From a virus (Duplodnaviria > Heunggongvirae > Uroviricota > Caudoviricetes), in IMG/VR virus record IMGVR_UViG_3300029288_000054, positions 262,607 to 326,606 of that record: DNA of 64,000 bases; one strand, 5' to 3'. Shown here piece after piece: positions 26,005 to 35,463 of this stretch. Made by a program: the position numbers and the translations under genes. Numbering within the stretch: position 1 is the first letter of the stretch; each line of letters starts with the position of its first letter. The notes under the pieces were generated by a model that made no database searches, was not told the DNA's origin, and saw only the letters and a program-made list of their open reading frames with translations.

Positions 26005-26331
26005 ATGGACATAGTGGCGCTCTTGATTGCGATTGTGGCTCTAATTGTAGCATCAGTCGCACTAACATTGGTACTGATCGTTTTCCGAGAATTTGTTAGG
26101 GACACATTTGTTAATCGCAAGTTGGAAAGACCGCTTCAGAAAGATGCCACCGGAACGGACTCCGGGGAGCAGGGCTCAACAGCAAGAGCTGCTAATGCCC
26201 CCGAGCAGTCCGTTTCCTCTCCAGTTCTCCATGCACCAAATCTTGCCCCCCAGGCCCTTGCGCCATCAATCGGACGGCCACCAATCCCAAAAGGTGGATT
26301 TGGAACAAGAGTCACAAAACGTGACAAGTAG
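26005..26331 (+). CDS. Hypothetical membrane-anchored protein
   Basis: N-terminal ~27-aa hydrophobic helix, Pro-rich tail. Confidence 0.65.
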   Translation: MDIVALLIAIVALIVASVALTLVLIVFREFVRDTFVNRKLERPLQKDATGTDSGEQGSTARAANAPEQSVSSPVLHAPNLAPQALAPSIGRPPIPKGGFGTRVTKRDK

Positions 26332-26404
26332 TGGTGATGAGGAATTGGAAGAATCGATTTTAGTATTTGGATTGGGTGACGACTGCGAAATCAGGAGAGC
26401 CATA

Positions 26405-27475
26405 ATGAATGCAATCGGTATCGATATTGGAACGAAGAATATTGTTGTCTCGTTCCGACACAATAAGAAATTGGTATTCCTTAGGGAGATCAACGGCTAT
26501 TACTTGATCCCGCGTCCGAGTAAGTTTGTTGAGAACATGCTTGACGATCCAAACAAATTGCGGTCCGATGGGACTCGGCGACCAGCGAAATGGATTCGTC
26601 TGGACGGTAAGGATGGTATCTATATCTTAGGCAAGGATGCAGAAGAGTTGGCATATGCCCACAATGATACGCTATTGCGTCCGATGGCCGAAGGTGGTGT
26701 TGCACCGGACGAGGCCGCTCTGATGGTTCTTTCCAGTATCGTGCAAGGTCTGCTGTCGATGTGTGAGCACGATGCTGGCGAATTCGAGCCAGAGATCAAA
26801 CTATGTTATTGCACTACCGCAAAGGCACTCAACCGCACAATTAACATCGATTATCACCAGCAAGTGATCAATCTGATACTTTCGGGATACGAGACGAAAT
26901 CAGCAATCAAATCGACATCTATCAAAGAGTCGCACGCTCTTGTCCTCAAAGAGACACCAGACGCAACAGGGATCGGCATATCTTGGGGTGCTGGAACCGT
27001 GACCGTCAGTTATGTTCTTTGGGGTAACGAGATTTATTCGTTTAGCTGGGTTGGTGCTGGCGACTGGATCGATTCAGAAGTCGCCAAGCGTCATGGATAT
27101 GATCCCGAATCGCCGCGCAAGAAATCGTCTGAGACTCCGACGACAATTTGCCGGATGAAAGAAAAGATCGATCTTACGCAGACTTACACATCTCGCCTTG
27201 AGCTTGATATCATCTTACACTATCGCATCTTGATCCAGAACGTTATTCGTGGTATTGTGCAAGGCTTTGTCGATCACGAGACTAGTGCACGTATCGATAA
27301 GCCCATTGATGTGTTTATGGCTGGCGGGACATCGTGCCCGGCTGGCTTCGAAGAGATGGTAGCACAGTTATTCGAAGAAGAGAAGCCGCCGTTCGCAGTC
27401 AACAAAGTGAAAAGATGTAAAGATCCTTTGTTTGCTGTGGCAGAGGGTTGTTTAATTGCCGCAGAAACATCTTGA
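26405..27475 (+). CDS. Actin-like ATPase (MreB/ParM/ASKHA fold)
   Basis: Phosphate-1 IGIDIGTKN, phosphate-2 GISWGAGT, adenosine MAGGTS, connect-2 DPLFAVAEG. ATG at 26405. Confidence 0.8.
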   Translation: MNAIGIDIGTKNIVVSFRHNKKLVFLREINGYYLIPRPSKFVENMLDDPNKLRSDGTRRPAKWIRLDGKDGIYILGKDAEELAYAHNDTLLRPMAEGGVAPDEAALMVLSSIVQGLLSMCEHDAGEFEPEIKLCYCTTAKALNRTINIDYHQQVINLILSGYETKSAIKSTSIKESHALVLKETPDATGIGISWGAGTVTVSYVLWGNEIYSFSWVGAGDWIDSEVAKRHGYDPESPRKKSSETPTTICRMKEKIDLTQTYTSRLELDIILHYRILIQNVIRGIVQGFVDHETSARIDKPIDVFMAGGTSCPAGFEEMVAQLFEEEKPPFAVNKVKRCKDPLFAVAEGCLIAAETS

Positions 27476-27484
27476 GCAAGAGCT

Positions 27485-28888
27485 ATGTCGGTTGAAGTTG
27501 AACCATCTCAATATACCGGTCCAAAGGAATTCGTGCATCTGCACCTGCATACTTTGGCGTCTTCTCTAGATGGCGTTCCCTCTGCAGAGCAATATGCCGA
27601 CGCCTGCTTAAAGTCCGGATTCCCGGCAATGGCTGCTACAGAGCACGGCCATATGGCATCGTTCCCGGACATTTACTTCGCTTTCAAGAAAAGAAAACTG
27701 AAAGCGATTGCGGGATGTGAGATCTATTACAACGACTACGAGGAGACACGTAGAAGATTCGACAAGGCTGGTAAGAAGCCAAAATCGCTACCAAAGTCTA
27801 TACAAAATCGCATCATGCGTAATCGCCATTTGACTGTCTTGGCGAAGAACGCTACCGGTATCTCTAACTTGATCAGACTAACAACGCTTGCGTGGGAATA
27901 TTCTTATATCGGCAAGCCACGTATCTGGTTCGAAAGGTTGTGTGAGCATAAAGAAGGGCTAATCGTTTTATCTGGCTGCGTCAATGGCCCCTTGTCGCAT
28001 GAATTGCGTCTAGATATCGAAAACAATATCGAAAGTGGAAAGCCTTATCCTCGTAGTAAGATCGACAGAACAGCAGTTGAATATCTAAAACAATTCAAAG
28101 AAGCATTTGGAGAGGATTTCTTTATAGAGGTCCAAATGCCATGTCTTCCTGAATTGCACGACGTTCAGGTCTTTCACAGCTTGATCGAATATGCTGATAC
28201 ATATGGTGTAAAGCCGGTTATTACCAACGACGCTCATTATTTGACACGTGAGGACGCCTACCTACAGAAGATTATGATGGCGGTCGATCAGAAAACCGAC
28301 ATCCATGATACCAATATGTTCGCATCGCAGGGCGATGAGCAATTTTTCAAGTCACGAGCGGAGCTTTGGACGACATTCAAGAATGGTGGTTATTCGGAAG
28401 GAATAGACGACGCTAAGTTCGAAGAGATATGCGATAACACGTTATTGGTAGCTGATCGATGTGAAAAACTTGCACCAGACACATCACCAAAGATTCCAGA
28501 TTGGTCAAGCGTAGAGGCTGGTGTCAATGCAAACGATGCTCTACGTGAGATCGTTGATAGAGAATTGAAGAGGAGAGGCTGGGACAAAGACACAAAAAAG
28601 TGGCCCTGCGATGGTCGCATGGTTACGTACGCAGAACAAGCAGAAATAGAGCTGAGTCGATTTATCGATAAAGGCTTCTCAAGTTATTTCTTGATAACTA
28701 GAGATTGGATTCAATGGGGCAGGAAAAGAGGATGGCCTTTTGGACCTCGTGGCAGTGCTGCTGGATCACTTGTATGTTATTTGCTCGGCATCCATAACAT
28801 CAACTCATTAGCATGGGAATTATCATTCGATCGATTTTTAGCTAGCTCACGCGGTGGTTATCTATTGAAGGTTAAGGTGGATGGCTAA
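27485..28888 (+). CDS. dnaE: DNA polymerase III alpha, N-terminal chain (PHP domain plus palm start)
   Basis: HLHLHT, ATEHG, GCEIY, RHLTVLAKN, SGC, TNDAHY, YFLI, RGSAAGSLVCYLLGI and FDRFL. Confidence 0.9.
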   Translation: MSVEVEPSQYTGPKEFVHLHLHTLASSLDGVPSAEQYADACLKSGFPAMAATEHGHMASFPDIYFAFKKRKLKAIAGCEIYYNDYEETRRRFDKAGKKPKSLPKSIQNRIMRNRHLTVLAKNATGISNLIRLTTLAWEYSYIGKPRIWFERLCEHKEGLIVLSGCVNGPLSHELRLDIENNIESGKPYPRSKIDRTAVEYLKQFKEAFGEDFFIEVQMPCLPELHDVQVFHSLIEYADTYGVKPVITNDAHYLTREDAYLQKIMMAVDQKTDIHDTNMFASQGDEQFFKSRAELWTTFKNGGYSEGIDDAKFEEICDNTLLVADRCEKLAPDTSPKIPDWSSVEAGVNANDALREIVDRELKRRGWDKDTKKWPCDGRMVTYAEQAEIELSRFIDKGFSSYFLITRDWIQWGRKRGWPFGPRGSAAGSLVCYLLGIHNINSLAWELSFDRFLASSRGGYLLKVKVDG

Positions 28889-29306
28889 AGAAGATGCTTA
28901 TGTCGATTCGCTCCGAACGCTACATGCGGCACTTAATGATTATATGCTGCTGCTTGGCGAACCTTGTCCGCTATTAGGGCAAGTATGTATGCGCCTTGTT
29001 GAGGTAATCGGCTACTTGCCGCCTGGTGATGAAGCTATTGCCGCCAATCTAGATAAACTCGCGGTTGTTGCGCTCGAAGCATCAATCCTCGGCGTTGTCG
29101 ACAGACTAGAGGGGCTACGACCACAATCAGACAAGTGCTTGCAGAGTGTTAAAGATTGTATGAAAGTGACAGACACTCTCAGCATACATGATAGATGTGC
29201 TGTGTTTTTCAAAGTGCTTGGTATAGCGATATCCGGCTTACGTGAGGCGACAAATCAAGAATATCCACAGCTTGCCGATGGAACAGGCAAGAAACTTGGG
29301 AGATAG
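28881..29306 (+). CDS. Hypothetical helical protein between the dnaE halves
   Basis: 141-aa ORF overlapping the dnaE-N stop. Confidence 0.6.
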   Translation: MAKEDAYVDSLRTLHAALNDYMLLLGEPCPLLGQVCMRLVEVIGYLPPGDEAIAANLDKLAVVALEASILGVVDRLEGLRPQSDKCLQSVKDCMKVTDTLSIHDRCAVFFKVLGIAISGLREATNQEYPQLADGTGKKLGR

Positions 29307-29308
29307 AT

Positions 29309-29779
29309 ATGAAGATCTCGATATATGCATGCGGATTCAGCGTCGATAACGGCAAGCCTACACAACGTGGAGCATGCGCTGCTGTATTGGAGTATCTTGA
29401 TGATCATGGTCGGAAAGGCACAAGAATAGTTAGTGAGCCGGTAGGCAACAGTACAGGCCCACAGTGTGATTTGAAGGCGGCAATATTAGGCTTGATGACG
29501 GTCAAAGCCGATCCGGTTATTCGACGCAAATGGGACATCGAGTTGTTTGCGTCTTCTTATGTCGCACAACTAATGGCCCGGAAAGATGATGGGTTCAAGT
29601 TGAACCCGAAGAAGAATGTTGAATTGGTCCGACGTCTACGAGAAAAAGTTGATCTTTTCGGCAATCTGACTGTGGCTGCTGGCTCAAAGGAAGAACTTCA
29701 ACATGCTTTAGACACAGCAAAGACAACTGTTGAAGTTAGCATGGGAAGTGATACTGGAACGGCGACAAATGAAGCTTGA
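29309..29779 (+). CDS. RNase HI-fold protein, apparently catalytically degenerate
   Basis: IYACG..G, xDLKAAILGL and FASSYV align to IYTDG, ELMAAI and TDSQYV, but the first and third catalytic Asp are absent. Confidence 0.6.
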   Translation: MKISIYACGFSVDNGKPTQRGACAAVLEYLDDHGRKGTRIVSEPVGNSTGPQCDLKAAILGLMTVKADPVIRRKWDIELFASSYVAQLMARKDDGFKLNPKKNVELVRRLREKVDLFGNLTVAAGSKEELQHALDTAKTTVEVSMGSDTGTATNEA

Positions 29780-29791
29780 ATGGATTAAGAT

Positions 29792-30064
29792 ATGTTAACA
29801 GGACGAACTTACCATCATACTTGGTTGGCAGTTTTACAATTTATCGACTCTCGTGAAAGAATCGATCCTGCATTTGGCGATAGTGGCGCTAAAATCGATA
29901 TAGATGAAGTGTTAAATAGCATAAAAGAGCCACATGACAGTATCGCTGATGTATTGCTGCGCCTTTCTTATAATGGTTTGATCAATATCAGCGTAGCAGA
30001 GCGGTATAGGTGTAGACGGTTAAGAAATACTGAAGCAGATAGAGTGTGGCTTCGAAATCACTAA
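29792..30064 (+). CDS. Hypothetical protein (possible winged helix)
   Basis: 90-aa ORF; VLLRLSYNGLI resembles a wHTH recognition region. Confidence 0.55.
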   Translation: MLTGRTYHHTWLAVLQFIDSRERIDPAFGDSGAKIDIDEVLNSIKEPHDSIADVLLRLSYNGLINISVAERYRCRRLRNTEADRVWLRNH

Positions 30065-30103
30065 AAGCATTGCATAGCATTATCGATAGACTGAGAAGGC
30101 ATT

Positions 30104-32908
30104 ATGGCAAAGTGTGATTTTGAGATACTTGCAAAAGTTGCCCATAAACGTATTGTGCAGCTTGGTCTATCAGAAATCTATATCAAGCGACTTGAATTTG
30201 AGCTAGACCAAGTGCGTATGCAGGGAGCCCAAAGATACTATGAAGACTTGATAGAAGCGAACCACAAATTTGATAAGAATCCAAATCAGCTTTTGTTACC
30301 TTGGCTGCTGGGACGTTTTACTGGTGATGCAAACGTCGACCCAATTGCAAATAGAGATGGCCCGCTAGTTCTCAGTGCAAAATACGATGACATTCAAGCT
30401 ATCATTAAAGAGACTGGCAAACTCCCTGTTGATATACGGCAGGATGACGACAAACCAGATATTGATATTGATTGCTTGCCAGAAGCTAGAAATCAAATTA
30501 AAGATTATGTGGCTGGTCGATATGGTAAGAATAACGTCGCCAGCGTTGGTACATGGCAAGCATATCTCTTCAAACAGGCTCTTGCAGATGCCTATACAGC
30601 ACTTGGTCTCGACAAGTTAGAGGGCGGTGGTCTAATTGGGTCACGCAATAGAGCAATTGAATTGACTAAGAACCTTCCTGATGACGTCAACGAAATGCGT
30701 GAAGGCGGATATGGCTCATGCAAGGGTAGAGTGAAACAAGATGGCGTAGACAAAGAGTGCGGTTGCAAGCATAAGGGTTTGGTGTGTCCGCAATGTGGTA
30801 GTGGTGATACCGACTCGCCGACTATTGCTATGATTTTGCGTGATTACCCAGATATTGAAAAGTTTATATCTGAGAACAGAGAACAACACCAAAGGGTAGT
30901 CGACACAGCTATTCGTTTGGTTGGTCGTATCAAGCACGCTGGCAAACACGCCGGTGGTCTGATTATTTCAGACCGCGATCTATTCGGCAATGTGCCGATG
31001 CAGCTCGATACGAAAACTGGCCAATGGGTTAGTATCTGGACAGAGGGGCGCAACACACAGCTATCAAAATTTGGCTATTTGAAGTGGGATATGCTTGGCT
31101 TGAAGAACTTAGCATATATCAAGACATGCTGCGAGATGATTAAGGAGAATCATGGCATCTCGTTCGGCGATCAACTCCAAGGACTTGATGAATCCGACCC
31201 GATTGACGACGTTGCTGGTTATTATTGGAAAGACGGTGAGAAGACGAGAATACCACTCAATGATCCGGCAGCACTGAAGCTAGCAAACGATTCACTGACC
31301 GATAGCATTTTCCAGTTTGATACCGAACTCGCGAAGCGGACATTATCCGCTGGTGTGCGTAGCTTCCACGACTTGTTGATTTTCAATGCTATGGGGCACC
31401 CTGGCCCTATGCAGAGCATCCCAGATTACGTTGAGAATCGCGATGATAAGTCTAATAGCTGGGCTAAAGGCGAACATCCAGATATTGTTGAAATATTGAA
31501 AAAGACGAGCGGCGTCATCGTCTTCCAAGAACAACTAACGTCCATATGGCAGCGTGTTGCGGGTTTCACTGGTCCAGAATCACAAGACGCTAGAAAAGCG
31601 GTTGCGAAAAAGTGGAAAGATAAGCTGAAGCCGGTCAGAGAACATTGGCTGGTCGGTGCTAGTAAGAAAATCGGTGAATCGAAGGCTCGCGACTATTGGG
31701 ATAAGATGGAGACGTTCGGGCGGTACGCTTTTAACTTGTCCCATGCTATCTGTTATTGTTTATGGGCATATCGCTGTCTGTGGTTTAAGGCTCACTTTCC
31801 AGAAGAGTGGTGGGCTAGTGTGATGGGAACGTGCGACCAGAAGGCTCTTGAGCGTTATATGTCTGCTGCGCGTGGTGAAGGGATTCACTTTGGCGAAATC
31901 GACATCGCAAAATTGACGCCACGGCCGGTCGCTCACTCTGGACCGAATACAGATAGGAAGCATATAGCACTCGGGCTGACAAGCTTAAAGAAAATTGGCG
32001 AGAAGGCTGCTGTCGAGTTTGTTGATGCAGTCGGCAACAACACATATACAGATATTGATGACTTCATCGAGAAGAAAGGTAAAAATAAAATCCTCTTTGA
32101 GCGTCTTATCAAACTTGGAGCATTCACATGCTTGCATCCGAACAAGCGTGCTACATGGATGTGGTATTTGCACGCTTATGGCTCTGGTAATATCGAGGAA
32201 TTTGAATTCACCGAAGTCGATGATATAGCTAGGGCTGAAATGGCCGCATCAAGGGCTGTCCAACTTAAGGCAAAGCCGAAGTTGAAACAATTCAGCTATC
32301 CGATGAAGATTCTCAAAGCTTACCATTTACGGAGGTTAATGGAAGACGCGAGATGGACAGAAGAGACAATTCTAGCGGAGCGAGAACGCCAAATCGCAGA
32401 ATTCAAACGGCAATTTCCCAAGCGGAAAGTACCGGTGAAAATGCAAAACTGGCGTCCCGTTATTAAGGCTACGCGAGCAGATATCATGGCCTTATACCCG
32501 GAAGACTATGCGTTTGAGCGGATTCTTACGTTCGAAAAAGAATTCCTTGGCTATCATTGGCATTCGCCAATCGACTTATATCACGTCAGCGGAAATAATA
32601 CAGTCGAGAAATCAAAACACAACGAACGGCTTGAGGGTGTCATAGTAGAAATTATCAGAACCAAAACCAAGAAGGGTTCTGATATGATCCGTATGACAGT
32701 TTCAGACGGTCGCAAGACGTGTTTGATATTAATTTGGGAGCATGACATTAAGAATCAGGATAAGTCATTACTACGTCCTGATAAAGGTATCAGAATAAAA
32801 GTCGATTATGATAAAGATCGTAACAGCTTCGTATTAAAGAGAGGCACTGTGATGGAGCCACTCTGGACCAAAGATGCGTGGGAAAAGCAACAAGCCTACG
32901 CTGAATAA
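30104..32908 (+). CDS. dnaE: DNA polymerase III alpha, C-terminal catalytic chain
   Basis: PDIDID, GKHAGGLIIS, LKWDMLGL, FQF, IVFQEQ, YAFNLSHA, HhH GLTSLKKIG, EKEFLGY and an OB fold at the C-terminus. Confidence 0.9.
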   Translation: MAKCDFEILAKVAHKRIVQLGLSEIYIKRLEFELDQVRMQGAQRYYEDLIEANHKFDKNPNQLLLPWLLGRFTGDANVDPIANRDGPLVLSAKYDDIQAIIKETGKLPVDIRQDDDKPDIDIDCLPEARNQIKDYVAGRYGKNNVASVGTWQAYLFKQALADAYTALGLDKLEGGGLIGSRNRAIELTKNLPDDVNEMREGGYGSCKGRVKQDGVDKECGCKHKGLVCPQCGSGDTDSPTIAMILRDYPDIEKFISENREQHQRVVDTAIRLVGRIKHAGKHAGGLIISDRDLFGNVPMQLDTKTGQWVSIWTEGRNTQLSKFGYLKWDMLGLKNLAYIKTCCEMIKENHGISFGDQLQGLDESDPIDDVAGYYWKDGEKTRIPLNDPAALKLANDSLTDSIFQFDTELAKRTLSAGVRSFHDLLIFNAMGHPGPMQSIPDYVENRDDKSNSWAKGEHPDIVEILKKTSGVIVFQEQLTSIWQRVAGFTGPESQDARKAVAKKWKDKLKPVREHWLVGASKKIGESKARDYWDKMETFGRYAFNLSHAICYCLWAYRCLWFKAHFPEEWWASVMGTCDQKALERYMSAARGEGIHFGEIDIAKLTPRPVAHSGPNTDRKHIALGLTSLKKIGEKAAVEFVDAVGNNTYTDIDDFIEKKGKNKILFERLIKLGAFTCLHPNKRATWMWYLHAYGSGNIEEFEFTEVDDIARAEMAASRAVQLKAKPKLKQFSYPMKILKAYHLRRLMEDARWTEETILAERERQIAEFKRQFPKRKVPVKMQNWRPVIKATRADIMALYPEDYAFERILTFEKEFLGYHWHSPIDLYHVSGNNTVEKSKHNERLEGVIVEIIRTKTKKGSDMIRMTVSDGRKTCLILIWEHDIKNQDKSLLRPDKGIRIKVDYDKDRNSFVLKRGTVMEPLWTKDAWEKQQAYAE

Positions 32909-33029
32909 TTTCTAGGCTATTCTAGCCAACAATCTGGGTATTGCTACAGATAATACCCACGAGCTGCTAGTCAAGAGACAAATTTTAGTTGTTGATTTGT
33001 GCAACTGAGTCTCTTGACGAATATATATC

Positions 33030-35453
33030 ATGGCAGACACACTATCGGCCAATTTGGCACCGCGTTTAGCATCTGATCCGGCTCCTAGATTAAGCGGACC
33101 GTTGAGTCTTAATGGCCATAATATAGGTGGTGTCACTCCTGCTGAACTTTCGTGCTTAGCTGGTGCAACTGGTCCATTACAAGAGCAAATTAACAATATT
33201 ATAGTTGGTGCTTCTGGGATTTATGGAGCTTCTGGGGCAACCGGATTTATTGGCGCAACTGGAATTGATGGTGCTACAGGGGCGACCGGCCCGATAGGTG
33301 CTACTGGTAATATCGGGGCTTCTGGCATAGGCGGAATTATTGGTGCTAGTGGTGCCACAGGTCTTAAGGGTGCAACTGGCTTATATGGCGCATCGGGAGC
33401 TACAGGCTTAACTGGTTATACTGGTTGGTCTGGTGCGACGGGGGCTACAGGAGTTAGAGGTGCCTCTGGTATAACTGGTGGCATAGGGATAGCTGGAGCC
33501 ACAGGCATCGGTGGTAGTACTGGTTCAATGGGACGGACCGGTGCAACAGGCGTAGTCGGTGCTACTGGGGCTATTGGACTTATAGGCCAAACAGGTGCTA
33601 CAGGTTTAACTGGCGTCAAAGGTGCAACTGGTCAGACTGGCATTGCTGGCTCGACCGGTTTGCTTGGTGCTACAGGAGCAACGGGGCCAACAGGTTTATC
33701 TGGTGTAGTTGGTTTAACTGGAGCTACAGGAGCTAGTGGTGCCACGGGAGTTATTGGGACAACAGGACCAATAGGGCAAACTGGTATTACTGGAGCCACT
33801 GGAGCTACGGGGTTTGTCGGTGCTACTGGCTTAGAAGGTGAAATTGGAGCGACAGGGTACCGAGGCAGGATGGGTGCCACGGGCTCGATTGGCATATCTG
33901 GTGCAACAGGTTCTACTGGTATAGCCGGTGCAACAGGATTAACTGGTGCAACTGGTAGCGGATTGACTGGTGCAACTGGTGCTACTGGTGCAACAGGAGC
34001 CACTGGTTTCACAGGTGCTACAGGCCCTACCGGCTCGTCTGGTGTCATTGGATTAACTGGTTCAACAGGCTCCACGGGTGTCATAGGTGCAGCAGGGCTT
34101 ACAGGAGCGACGGGTTTAACTGGTGCTACTGGGAGTACTGGACAAGCTGGCGCAACTGGAGCAACAGGTGCAACCGGTTCAGTTGGGTTAACCGGATCAA
34201 CAGGTTCTATCGGTGCTGCTGGTAGTACCGGCTTAACTGGTGCAACGGGTTCTGTCGGCGCTACTGGCAGTATCGGCTTAACTGGCGCAACAGGATCCAC
34301 TGGTGCTGCTGGAAATATTGGTTTAACCGGGACTTCTGGCGCTACCGGCTATGTTGGCGCTACTGGTGTCATAGGATTGCCAGGTGCTACAGGACTGACA
34401 GGAGCAACAGGCGTTATCGGTTTCACTGGATCAACAGGAGCTATCGGTCCAGTTGGTGCAACTGGAGTCGTTGGTTTAACCGGTACCACCGGTTCTACAG
34501 GTGCTACAGGATCAGAAGGTTTAGTAGGAGCTACAGGTCCTGTTGGTTCATCTGGCATTGTTGGCTTAACCGGCTCTACGGGTTCTACAGGTGCTACTGG
34601 TTTAGTTGGTGTTACCGGTGCCACTGGTGCTGATGGAGCTTCTGGTGCTTCAGGTGCTACAGGCGTCACTGGTCTAACCGGTGCTACTGGTGCTACAGGC
34701 GCAACCGGGCCAGCGGGTGAAATAGGTTCTACCGGTCCAATTGTTGTCGGGGCCACTGGTGCAACCGGTCCTATAGGTCCAACTGGTGCAACGGGCAGCG
34801 TCGGTCAAACAGGAGCCACAGGATCACAAGGTGCAACTGGAATTACAGATTATGTGGCTGGTGCGTTCACTAATGATGATTTAGTTGATGGTGTCTTGAC
34901 GATAACGCATACTAATGGGAACGTATCGTTGCCGTTCGTGATTAGTGATAATAACGGCAGCAATGTGGCGTTAGATTCAACAGCTATCGTATTTAGTAAC
35001 AATCAAATAACCGTGAATCTACTTTCACGTGGTACGCTCATCGGCACTTGGAAATACGCTTTCGGCGGATCGTCTAATGCTGGTGCAACTGGTGTGGCCG
35101 GTGCTGCTGGTGCATCTGGTGCAACGGGAGCCGATGGCGGTGCCGTTCTTGCTATAAATCCACAAACTGGCACAACATATACACTTGCTGCTGACGACGT
35201 TGGTAAAGCAATCACACTTACTAATGCATCTCCTATTGCTGTTACTATACCGACTAATCTAGCTATACCTATTACAAATGGGTCGTGTATAGACGTGATT
35301 CAGGGAGGTGCTGGTAAAGTAACATTCTCTGGCGCTGGTGTCACCATCAAGTCTAAGGGCAATAACAAATCAATCGCTGATATAAATGTCGCTGTCACTT
35401 TAATGAAGGAGTCCACAGATACGTGGTATCTCTTTGGCGATTTGATCGCATAA
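33030..35453 (+). CDS. Collagen-like (Gly-X-Thr) fibre protein with a phage tail-fibre-type C-terminal domain
   Basis: Residues 60-606 are about 180 Gly-X-Y triplets, mostly GAT/GST/GLT. C-terminal [19 protein letters not shown]. Confidence 0.85.
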   Translation: MADTLSANLAPRLASDPAPRLSGPLSLNGHNIGGVTPAELSCLAGATGPLQEQINNIIVGASGIYGASGATGFIGATGIDGATGATGPIGATGNIGASGIGGIIGASGATGLKGATGLYGASGATGLTGYTGWSGATGATGVRGASGITGGIGIAGATGIGGSTGSMGRTGATGVVGATGAIGLIGQTGATGLTGVKGATGQTGIAGSTGLLGATGATGPTGLSGVVGLTGATGASGATGVIGTTGPIGQTGITGATGATGFVGATGLEGEIGATGYRGRMGATGSIGISGATGSTGIAGATGLTGATGSGLTGATGATGATGATGFTGATGPTGSSGVIGLTGSTGSTGVIGAAGLTGATGLTGATGSTGQAGATGATGATGSVGLTGSTGSIGAAGSTGLTGATGSVGATGSIGLTGATGSTGAAGNIGLTGTSGATGYVGATGVIGLPGATGLTGATGVIGFTGSTGAIGPVGATGVVGLTGTTGSTGATGSEGLVGATGPVGSSGIVGLTGSTGSTGATGLVGVTGATGADGASGASGATGVTGLTGATGATGATGPAGEIGSTGPIVVGATGATGPIGPTGATGSVGQTGATGSQGATGITDYVAGAFTNDDLVDGVLTITHTNGNVSLPFVISDNNGSNVALDSTAIVFSNNQITVNLLSRGTLIGTWKYAFGGSSNAGATGVAGAAGASGATGADGGAVLAINPQTGTTYTLAADDVGKAITLTNASPIAVTIPTNLAIPITNGSCIDVIQGGAGKVTFSGAGVTIKSKGNNKSIADINVAVTLMKESTDTWYLFGDLIA
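33207..34847 (+). repeat. Collagen-like Gly-X-Y coding repeat
   Basis: Gly at every third residue with two short interruptions. Confidence 0.95.
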
Positions 35454-35463
35454 TCGGTGCTAT

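Noticed and set aside
26093-26404. N-terminal extension of the actin-like ORF as called by the track
   Set aside because: It overlaps the 26005 gene, and the phosphate-1 motif starts right after the ATG at 26405.
28800-30200. Split intein or self-splicing intron joining the dnaE halves
   Set aside because: There is no Cys/Ser-initiated intein block after dnaE-N, no His-Asn/Cys junction in dnaE-C, no homing endonuclease, and the gap is filled by three ordinary ORFs.
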